Source: an uncultured Ignavibacteriales bacterium (lineage in GTDB: Bacteria > Zixibacteria > MSB-5A5 > GN15 > FEB-12). From it: a stretch of 64,000 nucleotides of DNA. Position 1 is the first letter of the stretch; each line of letters starts with the position of its first letter. The stretch lies in assembly GCA_964464605.1 (NCBI GenBank), contig CAYXJN010000002.1:62001-126000 (forward strand), read 5' to 3'. Under the pieces are notes generated by a model. That model was given only the letters and a program-made list of their open reading frames with translations. It had not been told where the DNA came from and made no database searches. A program made the position numbers and the translations under genes. Of this stretch, positions 1 to 9,361 are shown piece by piece.

Positions 1-926
1 TCATCCTGTAACAATAGCGGGCCATCCAAATCATGATAATCCGCGAGAGCGGAAATATATATCGCCTGCGCCATGCCGACCGATGAGGCAACCATACAAC
101 CAAGCATCACCGCTTTGCCGTCTTCATTCGCCTGATCGGCTAACCGGATTGCTTCCATCACGCCGCCGCATTTTTCCATCTTGATATTGATACCGTCCAC
201 ATACGGCGCGATTTTTTCGTAGTCTTCGAAACTGTTCAACCCTTCGTCGACAATCAGCTGAACGTTTTCGTTTTTTCCCTTGAGATGTTTCCATTCTTTG
301 ATATGCTCAATACCGGTCGGCTGTTCGATAATAAAGATCCCTTTTTGGGAGAGATGAAAAATCATCTCTTCCGCTTTGGCGCAATCCCAGCCGCCGTTGG
401 CATCGATTCGGATATCTTTGTTTATCACGTCGCCGATTCCTTCAAGGACGACTACGTCATCGTTATTCCCCATTTTGATTTTGACAATCGGGTATTCGCT
501 TTGCTTGATAGCCGTGACCATTTCTTTCGGGTCATCGATACCAATCGTAATCGAACTTTTCAAGCTGACCGGGTTAGGCACACAGAGGACTTCCCACGGG
601 TAGCGATGCGTTTCCCCGGACAGATAATGCAGCACCATTCCTGAGAGGGCGGAACGGGCGATTGAGTTGATATCGTATTTGCTTATTGCCTCAAGTGTAT
701 CGACGGTGATTTCCGGTTCATGTTCCAGATAGCCGATACCTTTATAGAGATCAGCTTCGATCTGGTCGAGGGTCGGGCCGTAATGGACAGATCCGGCTGC
801 TTCACCGATATACCGGTTATTCATTACCAACAGAAAATTCGTTTTGCTGATTTCAGCGCCACCTTTGGCGACCATAAATTTCTTTTTGAGCGGGAGAGAT
901 ATCCGCACGGCGTCAAACTTCTTCAT
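1..926 (-). CDS. L-Ala-D/L-Glu dipeptide epimerase (enolase superfamily, YkfB/YcjG-like), 3' end runs off the window
   Basis: Not in the ORF track (no stop in window). Manual translation from ATG 926: MKKFDAVRISLPLKKKF...VKIKMG...IRIDANGGW...IIEQP...IVDEG...INIKMEKCGG...MLGCM...DLDGPLLLQD. Shows the KxK, DAN, EQP, DE and DLD motifs. Start overlaps the upstream stop (TAATG). Confidence 0.9.
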   Translation of the reverse strand, partial: MKKFDAVRISLPLKKKFMVAKGGAEISKTNFLLVMNNRYIGEAAGSVHYGPTLDQIEADLYKGIGYLEHEPEITVDTLEAISKYDINSIARSALSGMVLHYLSGETHRYPWEVLCVPNPVSLKSSITIGIDDPKEMVTAIKQSEYPIVKIKMGNNDDVVVLEGIGDVINKDIRIDANGGWDCAKAEEMIFHLSQKGIFIIEQPTGIEHIKEWKHLKGKNENVQLIVDEGLNSFEDYEKIAPYVDGINIKMEKCGGVMEAIRLADQANEDGKAVMLGCMVASSVGMAQAIYISALADYHDLDGPLLLQD

Positions 927-1720
927 TAGAAAACTCTCCTTCCTTCACGAAAACTATTATCCAAATCAGCCCTATAGTGCGGCTTGTTTGCCGATAAGGA
1001 ACTGATTTGCACACCGCCTCCACCAACGGAAGCGTGAATCATCAGATCGTTTCCGATTGCCAGGCCGACATGCCTGTCGAAAAAGAGCATGTCTCCTTTT
1101 GTTATACCATCGCGAGCGACAGAACTTCCCACCGTAATCTGATCTTTCGTATCTCGCGGCAGCACAATGCGAAAGCGACCGAATAGCGTCTGCATAAACC
1201 CGGAGCAATCGAACCCGGCCGGGCTGATTCCACCCCAAAGATAGCCGACACCGAGAAACGTATGCGCCTCTTTGATCAACGCATCAGGCGTCGATTTCGT
1301 TGCTTTCACCGGTAACTGCTTCACACCGGATTTTTTAAGTGCAATTGCTGTGCCATCCGGCAATTCTGCCTTGAGCATCGCACTCTTCCAGTTTTTGATA
1401 GTGAGCTTGGTGCCATAGTATAAAAAAAACGGCGCGGTGGCTTTACCACCTTTTGTAGCGAAAGTTACCACTTGGTTCACCGTCACCACTCCGTTCTGCT
1501 TGTCAGCAGCCTGTTTTGCGGACTGATCGGAAACCGGGGCTAAAAACTTCTCATTCACCCAGCCGGTATAGCCGTCAGATTGGGTGACCTGCACATACCC
1601 GTTTTGGTTGTTTCCGAGAGATACAACCGTTCCCCAAAAGAGCTGGCTGACCCGTTCGGAGTTAAAGCGGGGTTCCCCCCACATATCGACTAAATTGAGG
1701 TTTACGCAGGCGTACGACAT
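926..1720 (-). CDS. SH3 + NlpC/P60 gamma-D-glutamyl dipeptidyl-peptidase (YkfC-like)
   Basis: N-terminal SH3b-like SERVSQL...DGYTGWV; catalytic YLWGG...FDCSGF, HVG and MIHAS; no signal peptide; coupled to the dipeptide epimerase as in ykfBC. Confidence 0.88.
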   Translation of the reverse strand: MSYACVNLNLVDMWGEPRFNSERVSQLFWGTVVSLGNNQNGYVQVTQSDGYTGWVNEKFLAPVSDQSAKQAADKQNGVVTVNQVVTFATKGGKATAPFFLYYGTKLTIKNWKSAMLKAELPDGTAIALKKSGVKQLPVKATKSTPDALIKEAHTFLGVGYLWGGISPAGFDCSGFMQTLFGRFRIVLPRDTKDQITVGSSVARDGITKGDMLFFDRHVGLAIGNDLMIHASVGGGGVQISSLSANKPHYRADLDNSFREGRRVF

Positions 1721-1727
1721 ACTAAAT

Positions 1728-1756
1728 AGGTTATCGGCAGAAACCTATTCAATCAA
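1728..1756 (-). promoter_or_regulatory. Putative sigma70-type promoter TTGATT-N17-TAACCT, 7 nt before the NlpC/P60 ATG; overlaps a GCCGATAA motif
   Basis: Read directly from the minus strand; no Shine-Dalgarno before the ATG. Confidence 0.45.
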
Positions 1757-1781
1757 CAAAAAGGTGACTATGTCACCCGTA

Positions 1782-2951
1782 TTATACCTTGGTAGCTGAG
1801 AGGGCTTTGGAGAAACGGTTGACGGCTTCGTTGATATTGGCGATTGAGTTGGCGTAAGAGAAACGGAGATACCCTTCCCCGGCAGCGCCAAAGGCGGTTC
1901 CGGCCAGACAGGCGACCCCGACTTCATCGAGTAGTTTATTGGCCAGTTCTTTTGAGGTATACCCGGTTTCTTTGATGTTCGGGAACAGATAAAACGCGCC
2001 GTGCGGAATCAAGCAGCTGACTCCTTCGATTTTGTTCAGCCCTTCGGCGAAAATGTCCCGCCGCTTATGAAATTCTGCGACCATCTTTTTAACGGAATCC
2101 TGCGGACCTCTTAACCCTTCAATCATGGCGTATTGCGAGAATGTGGTCGGACAAGAGAAACTGTTTACCGACAATGTCGCAAAGTAAGTACAGAGCTTTT
2201 CAGGCATGACCCCAAAACCCATTCGCCAACCGGTCATTGCGTATGCTTTGGACATTCCTTCGACAATAACCGTCCGCTTCATCGCCCCCGGAATGGCAGC
2301 TATCGATTCGAATTTGCCGTCATAAACGAATTGGGAGTATATCTCATCAGTAACGATCCAGAGGTCATGCCGTTCGGCTAACTCATAAATCGCTTCCATA
2401 TCCGATCTGGTCAGAACGCCGCCGGTCGGATTGGCCGGTGAGTTAATCATTATCATTTTGGTGCGTGGAGTGATAAGCGAGCGAAGCTCGTTCACATCAA
2501 AACGCCATTGGTTTGATTCCCGAAGGACAATCGGTACCGGTTTGGCACCGACAAAATTGACAGCCGAGGCATAGGTCGGGTAACCGGGGTCAGGGACGAT
2601 GACTTCATCCCCTTCGTTAATGAGGGCCAGCACCGTTCCAAAAATCACCGGTTTAACACCCGGCAGAACTGCGCAATGCTCAGGCCCAACCGAGATATTC
2701 CGGGTTTTTGACATGAACTCGGCAACCGCCACTCGTGTTTCCTGCAGCCCGATTGAGGGGCCGTAGTGCGTGTGACCGTCACGAATCGCCTTGATACCGG
2801 CTTCTGCTATGTTGGGTGGGGTACTAAAATCCGGTTCCCCGATTTCGAGGTGGATAATCGATTTCCCCTGTTTTTCAAGCAGTTTACAGCGGGCGAGGAC
2901 TTCAAACGCGCCTTCGCCGCTTAGGCGGCCGATACGATCGGAGAATTGCAT
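1782..2951 (-). CDS. PLP-dependent aminotransferase class I/II (aspartate/prephenate aminotransferase-like)
   Basis: GEPDF, NSPANPTG, DEIY, SKAYAMTGWRMG (PLP lysine) and YLRFSYA motifs. Confidence 0.9.
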   Translation of the reverse strand: MQFSDRIGRLSGEGAFEVLARCKLLEKQGKSIIHLEIGEPDFSTPPNIAEAGIKAIRDGHTHYGPSIGLQETRVAVAEFMSKTRNISVGPEHCAVLPGVKPVIFGTVLALINEGDEVIVPDPGYPTYASAVNFVGAKPVPIVLRESNQWRFDVNELRSLITPRTKMIMINSPANPTGGVLTRSDMEAIYELAERHDLWIVTDEIYSQFVYDGKFESIAAIPGAMKRTVIVEGMSKAYAMTGWRMGFGVMPEKLCTYFATLSVNSFSCPTTFSQYAMIEGLRGPQDSVKKMVAEFHKRRDIFAEGLNKIEGVSCLIPHGAFYLFPNIKETGYTSKELANKLLDEVGVACLAGTAFGAAGEGYLRFSYANSIANINEAVNRFSKALSATKV

Positions 2952-2973
2952 GGGGCAAAGGTAGGGTTTTAAA

Positions 2974-3561
2974 CTAATCTGTCAACTGCCCGTGCCAGAT
3001 TTGTTTCACCCGGTCGCGTAGAGCGGTTTTTGAGCCTGAATTGGGTATAAGAATGTCTGCTTTTCGCCTAAACTCGGCATAGCTGGCCTGCTGGCGCTGA
3101 CGGGCGAGCGCGTCTGTCCTGTCTATTCCCCGATTTTGCAGTCGCCGTAACCGCACTGTTTGAGGAGCAGTCACAACCAAAACAAGGTCAACGGCATTTC
3201 CCATTTTCCATTCCAAAAGCAGGGCGGCATCGATAACGACAATGCGATGTTTTTGAGAAAGCTGGTTCGCCTGTTTCTTCAATTCTTTCAACAGGTGCGG
3301 ATGAACAATTTTATCCAGCGCTTTCCGGCTCGTTTCGGTCTTGAAGGCGAGTTCAGCGAGCCGTTTTCGGTCGAGTTTCTTTTTCGGTGTGAGAATACTG
3401 CTACCGAATCGTTTCGTCAGTTGACGTAAGACAGAAGCATTCCGATCGACCACTTCCCTGCCGATCTGGTCAGCATCGATGATGGCCGCACCAAGCTGCG
3501 TGAGAATTTTGGCAACTTCAGTCTTCCCTGCGCCGATCTGTCCGGTTAAGCCGATTAACAT
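2974..3561 (-). CDS. coaE: Dephospho-CoA kinase
   Basis: IGLTGQIGAGKT P-loop, IDADQIGR, LDRKRLA, IVHP, DAALLLE. Start reassigned to ATG 3561 (MLIGLTG). Confidence 0.93.
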   Translation of the reverse strand: MLIGLTGQIGAGKTEVAKILTQLGAAIIDADQIGREVVDRNASVLRQLTKRFGSSILTPKKKLDRKRLAELAFKTETSRKALDKIVHPHLLKELKKQANQLSQKHRIVVIDAALLLEWKMGNAVDLVLVVTAPQTVRLRRLQNRGIDRTDALARQRQQASYAEFRRKADILIPNSGSKTALRDRVKQIWHGQLTD

Positions 3562-3631
3562 AGTTGCCAAAATACGATAAACATTGCTTCTTATACAGAG
3601 GTTTCTGCGGATTAGAAGCAGGAGAACGATA

Positions 3632-5233
3632 ATGCGGCGGTTGTTACAGATTCTCACGGTTTTAACCATCAGTGCAACATCGGCGTTTGCTCAATTAGGG
3701 GTGTCGATTGAACGAACCATAACACTCCCTAATACTCATGGACTGGTACGAAACATTGTATTTCAGGACTATGATTTTGATGGTACTTCTGAAGTCGCGT
3801 TTTGGGACGATTCGAGTATCGCTGTTTACTCGATTACCGGTGACAGTATTCTTTGGTCGATTACGGTTCCAACCAGGGATGATGTTAGTGAAGCATTAAA
3901 TTGGAGAGGGGTAACGCGTCAACTGCTCTTTGATGACTGTAACCGGGATAGTATTCCCGACTTGGTTGCGTTTACCTGGGGTTATTTTATCAGAATCAAT
4001 GGAGACATTGGTAATACCGCCTTTTTCGATGGTGCCTCGGGATTTACTGTCGATACGCTTATTGCATTGCCAAATCAAATTGAGTACCCGGTAATTTATA
4101 TGCTCTGCGATCCAACCAATGGATCGGCTGTGATTGCGGATTTTGACGGAGATGGCTACAAAGAATTGCTGCGTTCCTACGCTAATATCGGTGCCTATCC
4201 TGGTCCGCCTTTTCACGTATATGTTTATGGAGCATCCCGGCACTACTATTCTTTTCCGGATTCGACTCAGAGACTGAGCGGCAGGTTTCTTCCCGATAAA
4301 ATCGAGACATTTCAATGGCCGAATGGCTCTGCCTCAGCATACGCATTGGCGCGGTATTCTGAATACAATGAATTTTTCCCTTATCCGGATTGCTGTATCC
4401 GGAGTGATTCTTATGGGTTTCTCAATGATTCAGGAGCAGTAATTGATGCACCTGTCGACATTCCGGAAGCATCATGTATTACGCAGGATACTTGTTTACC
4501 CTTAACCGATGTGACCGTTTTGGCAACTGGGAATGTCGATGCCGCAACTTTGGATTATGAATTTGTTGTGCAATCACGCTACCAAATGCCCGACCCGAAT
4601 CGTGATACCTTTGCTCCGACAATTTATATCACGGCAAATGTGCTTTCCTGCTACCGCGCAATCGGTGGGCAGGCGGTTCAGGAAGTCTGGTCGCATCAAA
4701 GCAAGAAGTACTATCATGACGGCATCTATCTGTCACAATACCCCGGGTTCTTTTTCGCTTTCGACAGCGCCGGTGCTTTGGTCATGTTTCGTGGAGATTT
4801 GGGAAATGAATTTCATCGCACGTCTATACTGCCAAACGGTAAACTGAGTTGGGCAAATATCTATCCTGATTCCTCCGCACGCCTTATTGCCAGCCATGAC
4901 AGCACGATTGAAGTTTACACGATTGATGCATCAACGGGTGCCGATACTCGCGACAACCAGCCGCTTCCGGCTAAATTCACGCTTGGAACGCCGTATCCGA
5001 ATCCGTTTAACCCGACCGTAACGATTCCAGTGGAGACTCCCCGAAAAATGAATCTGACCATAACTGCCTATAACATTTTGGGTGAGAAAGTGGAAATACT
5101 CTTTTCAGGTAAAAAAACAGCCGGGCAGCATCGGTTCACCTGGAATGCCGGCGCGTATCCGTCTGGCGTTTATTTTATTTCTGTTACAGCAGACGGCGAA
5201 AAACAAACGAAGAAAATATCATTAGTCAAATAA
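3632..5233 (+). CDS. Secreted protein with FG-GAP-like Ca-binding repeats and a T9SS type-A-like C-terminal sorting domain
   Basis: AGGAG SD before ATG 3632; signal peptide MRRLLQILTVLTISATSAFA; DxDxDG motifs (DYDFDG, DCNRDS, DFDGDG); C-terminal YPNPFNP...YNILGE...PSGVYF...KKISLVK. Confidence 0.8.
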   Translation: MRRLLQILTVLTISATSAFAQLGVSIERTITLPNTHGLVRNIVFQDYDFDGTSEVAFWDDSSIAVYSITGDSILWSITVPTRDDVSEALNWRGVTRQLLFDDCNRDSIPDLVAFTWGYFIRINGDIGNTAFFDGASGFTVDTLIALPNQIEYPVIYMLCDPTNGSAVIADFDGDGYKELLRSYANIGAYPGPPFHVYVYGASRHYYSFPDSTQRLSGRFLPDKIETFQWPNGSASAYALARYSEYNEFFPYPDCCIRSDSYGFLNDSGAVIDAPVDIPEASCITQDTCLPLTDVTVLATGNVDAATLDYEFVVQSRYQMPDPNRDTFAPTIYITANVLSCYRAIGGQAVQEVWSHQSKKYYHDGIYLSQYPGFFFAFDSAGALVMFRGDLGNEFHRTSILPNGKLSWANIYPDSSARLIASHDSTIEVYTIDASTGADTRDNQPLPAKFTLGTPYPNPFNPTVTIPVETPRKMNLTITAYNILGEKVEILFSGKKTAGQHRFTWNAGAYPSGVYFISVTADGEKQTKKISLVK

Positions 5234-5248
5234 AAGTGACGGCGTCAC

Positions 5249-7978
5249 TCACTTGGCATCCAGCCAGTTGGGGCCGGTACCCATTGAGGCGGCGATTGGA
5301 GCTTTGAGTTTCATCGCCTTTTCCATACCGTTTTTTACAATAGTTTTCATTTTCTCGACTTCATCCTTGTGAACATCGAAAACCAATTCGTCATGTACTT
5401 GTAAAATCATCTTTGATTTCATGCCCGACATCTCTTTGTGGATGTTGATCATGGCGACTTTGATCATGTCCGCGGCGGTTCCCTGAATAGGCGTATTGAT
5501 AGCAACGCGCTCGGCGAATTGGCGGATAGTCGGATTTTTATCGTTGATTTCCGGCAGATAGCGGCGGCGTTTGAACAGCGTAGTGACATAGCCGTTATCC
5601 CTCGCGAACTGTTTGGTATCTTCCATGTACTTCTTGATACCGGGATAGCGAGTGAAATACGTATTGATAAACTCTTTCGCCTGCTCCATCGTCAATTCCG
5701 CTTGCTGCGACAAGCCGAATGCTGTGACACCATAAATAATCGAGAAATTGGCGGTCTTGGCGGCCCGGCGCATGTCGGGTGTAACTTGATTGAGCGGAAC
5801 GCCGTACACTTCGGCGGCGGTACGCTGGTGAATATCTTCATTGTTCTTAAATGCCGAAATCAAACCGGGGTCTTCGGTGTAATGAGCGAGAATACGTAGT
5901 TCGATTTGCGAGTAATCCGCTACTAACAGCGTATGATTTTTATCCCGCGGCAGAAACGCTTTACGTATCTGGCGGCCGATTTCGGTGCGAATCGGTATGT
6001 TCTGTAGGTTAGGGTCAGTCGATGCCAATCTTCCTGTAGCTGCTACTGTCTGATTGAACGTGGTATGAACTCTTCCGGTATTCGGATTGATTAGCAAGGG
6101 CAAGGCATCGATATACGTGCTTTTCAGTTTCGTCAGTTCACGAAACTCCAAAACCAATTTTGGAAATGGGTGAATCTTGGCGAGTTCTTCGAGTACGGAG
6201 GCATCGGTCGAGAAACCGGTTTTCTTGGCAGTTTTCCCTTTGGTCGGCAAGCCAAGTTTTTCAAAAAGGACATGGGCAAGTTGCTGCGTGGAACCAATCT
6301 TAAACTCTCCACTTGCTGCGGCATAGATTTCTTTGGTTAGCCGGGTTAAGGTTATCTCCATTTGCGTGGAAAGATTACCGAGAAAATCTTTATCGATCAG
6401 CACCCCTTCCCGCTCCATGTCAGCGAGAACTTTTACGAGTGGCAACTCGACATTGTAATAGAGATTATGCAGATCCTGTGCGTCGATTTGCGGAGCGAGT
6501 ATGCCGCGTAACCGGAACGTAAAGTCGGCGTCCTCGGCAGCGTAAAAGGTCGCTTTGTCGACAGGAACGGTGTCAAATGTCTTTTGATTTTTCCCTGTGC
6601 CGATTAAGTCACTGATCGGCTGCATCTGATAATCGAAATGTTTTAACGCCTGGTCATCAAGCGAATGCTGCCGTGAAGAGGGGTTGATTACGTAGGACGC
6701 GAGCATCGTATCGAATGACGCGGGAATTATATCGACGCCGTAATTCCGGAATATCTGCAGGTCGTATTTGAGATTCTGTCCGATTTTCTGCACTTTTGGA
6801 TTTTCCAAAAGTTCTTTGACCAGTGCGAGCCCCTCATCGAACGGGAGGTTTTTCCCTTCCTGATGCGCGAACGGCAGGTAATAGCCGCTGCTTGCTGCGT
6901 CGGAGAGCGACACGCCGACTAATTTTGCCTGTAATGAATCAACTGAAGTTGTTTCGGTATCGACTGCTATCTCTTTTGCTTTGCTGAGCTTCGTTATGAG
7001 TTTCTTGAGTGCAGGTATTGTGTCGATCGTTTCGTATTCGGCTTTTTGAGTCGATTTTTGCGCCGTAATTTCTGTGATTGTCGATTCCACCTGCGCGCCG
7101 GATTCCATAACCTGTTTCACCAGTCCTTTGAACTCCATTTCCATGAACAGTTCTTTGGCGGCGGTGAAATTGATCGGTTTGCGGCGAAGCTCCTCTAAAT
7201 CGATATCGAGCGGCACATCGGTTTTTATTGTTACTAACTGCTTGGACAACTTCGCAGATTCGATACCGTTGGCTACTTTCTCGCGCAATCCCTTAGCGGA
7301 GATTTCACTATGTCGTTCCAGAATTGCTTCCAGTGATCCGAATTGTTCAAGTAACTGGTCGGCCGATTTCGGACCGACGCCGGGAATACCGGGAACATTA
7401 TCCGAACTATCCCCCATCAGAGCGAGTTTGTCTATAATCTGTTCCGGATAAACGCCGAACTTTGCTTTGACCTCTTCCCTGCGCATTATCTCAGCTGATT
7501 CACCCGCCGGTTTCGGGTAGTAGATAGCGATATGGTCACTCACGAGCTGGAAATAATCTTTGTCTCCGGTCGCGCAGTACACATCGAGTCCTTTAGCAGC
7601 GGCGCGGACAGCGAAGGTACCGATAATATCATCCGCTTCAAATCCGACCATGTCAAAAGAACGGATATTGAGCGTTTCTATCGCCTGACGCATCCGCGGC
7701 AATTGGTTTACCAAATCATCCGGCATTTTTGCGCGGGTCGATTTGTAGTCGGCCGACATTTTGTGGCGGAAGGTCGGTTCTTTGGTGTCGAACACTATCG
7801 CAAGGTAGTCCGGGGCCTCATCTTTGATGATTTTCAATAATGAGTTTACTACACCGTACGTTGCCGAAGTATTCTCCCCTTTTGAATTGATCAGTGGGTT
7901 ACGAATAAAAGCAAAAAACGCCCGATAGACGAGCGCGGAGCCATCGATTAAAAAGAGTCGTTCCCGTTTTTGGTTCAC
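5249..7978 (-). CDS. polA: DNA polymerase I
   Basis: 5'-3' exonuclease LIDGS..YRAFFA; 3'-5' exonuclease DTETT / QNLKYD / YAAEDAD; polymerase motifs DYSQIELR, KTANFSIIYG, LQVHDELVF. Confidence 0.98.
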   Translation of the reverse strand: MNQKRERLFLIDGSALVYRAFFAFIRNPLINSKGENTSATYGVVNSLLKIIKDEAPDYLAIVFDTKEPTFRHKMSADYKSTRAKMPDDLVNQLPRMRQAIETLNIRSFDMVGFEADDIIGTFAVRAAAKGLDVYCATGDKDYFQLVSDHIAIYYPKPAGESAEIMRREEVKAKFGVYPEQIIDKLALMGDSSDNVPGIPGVGPKSADQLLEQFGSLEAILERHSEISAKGLREKVANGIESAKLSKQLVTIKTDVPLDIDLEELRRKPINFTAAKELFMEMEFKGLVKQVMESGAQVESTITEITAQKSTQKAEYETIDTIPALKKLITKLSKAKEIAVDTETTSVDSLQAKLVGVSLSDAASSGYYLPFAHQEGKNLPFDEGLALVKELLENPKVQKIGQNLKYDLQIFRNYGVDIIPASFDTMLASYVINPSSRQHSLDDQALKHFDYQMQPISDLIGTGKNQKTFDTVPVDKATFYAAEDADFTFRLRGILAPQIDAQDLHNLYYNVELPLVKVLADMEREGVLIDKDFLGNLSTQMEITLTRLTKEIYAAASGEFKIGSTQQLAHVLFEKLGLPTKGKTAKKTGFSTDASVLEELAKIHPFPKLVLEFRELTKLKSTYIDALPLLINPNTGRVHTTFNQTVAATGRLASTDPNLQNIPIRTEIGRQIRKAFLPRDKNHTLLVADYSQIELRILAHYTEDPGLISAFKNNEDIHQRTAAEVYGVPLNQVTPDMRRAAKTANFSIIYGVTAFGLSQQAELTMEQAKEFINTYFTRYPGIKKYMEDTKQFARDNGYVTTLFKRRRYLPEINDKNPTIRQFAERVAINTPIQGTAADMIKVAMINIHKEMSGMKSKMILQVHDELVFDVHKDEVEKMKTIVKNGMEKAMKLKAPIAASMGTGPNWLDAK

Positions 7979-8583
7979 CGATACAATCCTTTGCTTGCAA
8001 TGTACGTAATAACCGGCGCCGGCAAAAGGGCATTCAATCGCTCAGGTAACGGCCGTTTTTTCAGTAGTTTTCTGATTTCTGTGGAAGAAACATCCGGTGT
8101 GTCAGCCACTAACACTTCGACTGTGTCTTTATATGCGGCTGGAATCTGGCTGAAATCATATCCGGGGCGGCTGATGACGATAAACGACATTAGCTCACAT
8201 AATTCATCGATACGGTGCCACTTGGGGAGTTCTTCAAGCAAATCAGCCCCAATTAAAAAGCTGAACATTCGCTTAGGGAATTGTTCGCGCAGAGCAGCGA
8301 TTGTATCAATCGTATAGCCCGATAATGTTTTGTTTTGTTCTATATCTGATACTTCCAGTTGCTTGTTGCCGTCAACCGCAAGTTTAAGCATGGCGATCCG
8401 GTCCGCAAAGTCAGCCATGTCGGCATTCTTCTTCAGTGGATTTTTGATAGAGGGGATCAAAAGAACGCCGGTGAGTTGTTGGGCGTTGATTGCGGCTATG
8501 GCTAAGGCAAGATGTCCGTTATGTACGGGGTCGAAACTCCCGCCGAGTATCCCCCATCGTTCGGTCGGTTCAGGACTTGGCAT
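7975..8583 (-). CDS. nadD: Nicotinate-nucleotide adenylyltransferase
   Basis: GILGGSFDPVHNGH, YTIDT, FLIGAD, SSTEIR. Start reassigned to ATG 8583. Confidence 0.93.
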   Translation of the reverse strand: MPSPEPTERWGILGGSFDPVHNGHLALAIAAINAQQLTGVLLIPSIKNPLKKNADMADFADRIAMLKLAVDGNKQLEVSDIEQNKTLSGYTIDTIAALREQFPKRMFSFLIGADLLEELPKWHRIDELCELMSFIVISRPGYDFSQIPAAYKDTVEVLVADTPDVSSTEIRKLLKKRPLPERLNALLPAPVITYIASKGLYR

Positions 8584-9361
8584 TCGAATCGGGCGGTTCT
8601 TCAGCGAGCTTGTGCTCGATTTTCTCGATATAATCAGTCGCTTTGGGAACCCATTCATGCTGCGGAAAAACAATTACATACGCTTGCAGTTTTTCTTTTG
8701 CCTGTTGGAAACGGCCGCGCTTGAACTCCATATAGCCAATTTTAAAGGTCGCCTGTGCGGCTAACGTTGTTTCGGAATATTCATCGATAACCCGCTGGAA
8801 ATAAGTTGCAGCAGCATCGTAGGCGCGGATACGCTCGTATACGACCGCATTATCATAGAGTTTTTTGGCTATTCTGGTGCGGGCTTTCAGCAAGTATTCT
8901 TTTACCTGCGGAGCGACCTCTGATTCCGGGTAATCGAGCAGGAAATCTTCAAACTGTGTTATCGCCGGCTGTAAGGCGGATTGATCGAGCCCCGGGTTGT
9001 TCGGGGTTTCTTTGTACTGGCTCAACGCCCGCATAAAAATTGAGCTTTCAAAAAAGGCTGAAGTCGGATAATTCAAAGCCAGTCGGTTAAACTCGGTATG
9101 CGCCAGTGCGTAGTCTTCGTTTTCAAAATAGCTCATGGCGAGAAAATACTGTGCGGAATCGATCATCGATTCGCCGGGGAAATTGTAAATCGCGTTCTGA
9201 AGATATTCGATCGCTTTACGGTATTTCTTCTTGTTGTACTGCTCCATGCCATTGTCATACAATTGCCGTCCGGTCAAAAGTGACATCGTGTTTTTAGAGC
9301 CACAGCCGATTGCGGCAAACAATGAAAGGCAGAGCAGACAGCTAATCAATATTCGTTTCAC
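8570..9361 (-). CDS. bamD: Outer membrane protein assembly factor BamD (TPR lipoprotein)
   Basis: Lipobox AAIGC; TPR helices; DQSALQPAITQFEDFLLDYPES typical of BamD/YfiO. Confidence 0.85.
   Translation of the reverse strand: MKRILISCLLCLSLFAAIGCGSKNTMSLLTGRQLYDNGMEQYNKKKYRKAIEYLQNAIYNFPGESMIDSAQYFLAMSYFENEDYALAHTEFNRLALNYPTSAFFESSIFMRALSQYKETPNNPGLDQSALQPAITQFEDFLLDYPESEVAPQVKEYLLKARTRIAKKLYDNAVVYERIRAYDAAATYFQRVIDEYSETTLAAQATFKIGYMEFKRGRFQQAKEKLQAYVIVFPQHEWVPKATDYIEKIEHKLAEEPPDSNAKS

Noticed and set aside
5235..5249. AGTGAC-GGC-GTCACT hairpin between convergent genes as a terminator
   Set aside because: The stem is only 6 bp and there is no clear U-tract on the + strand; too weak to call.
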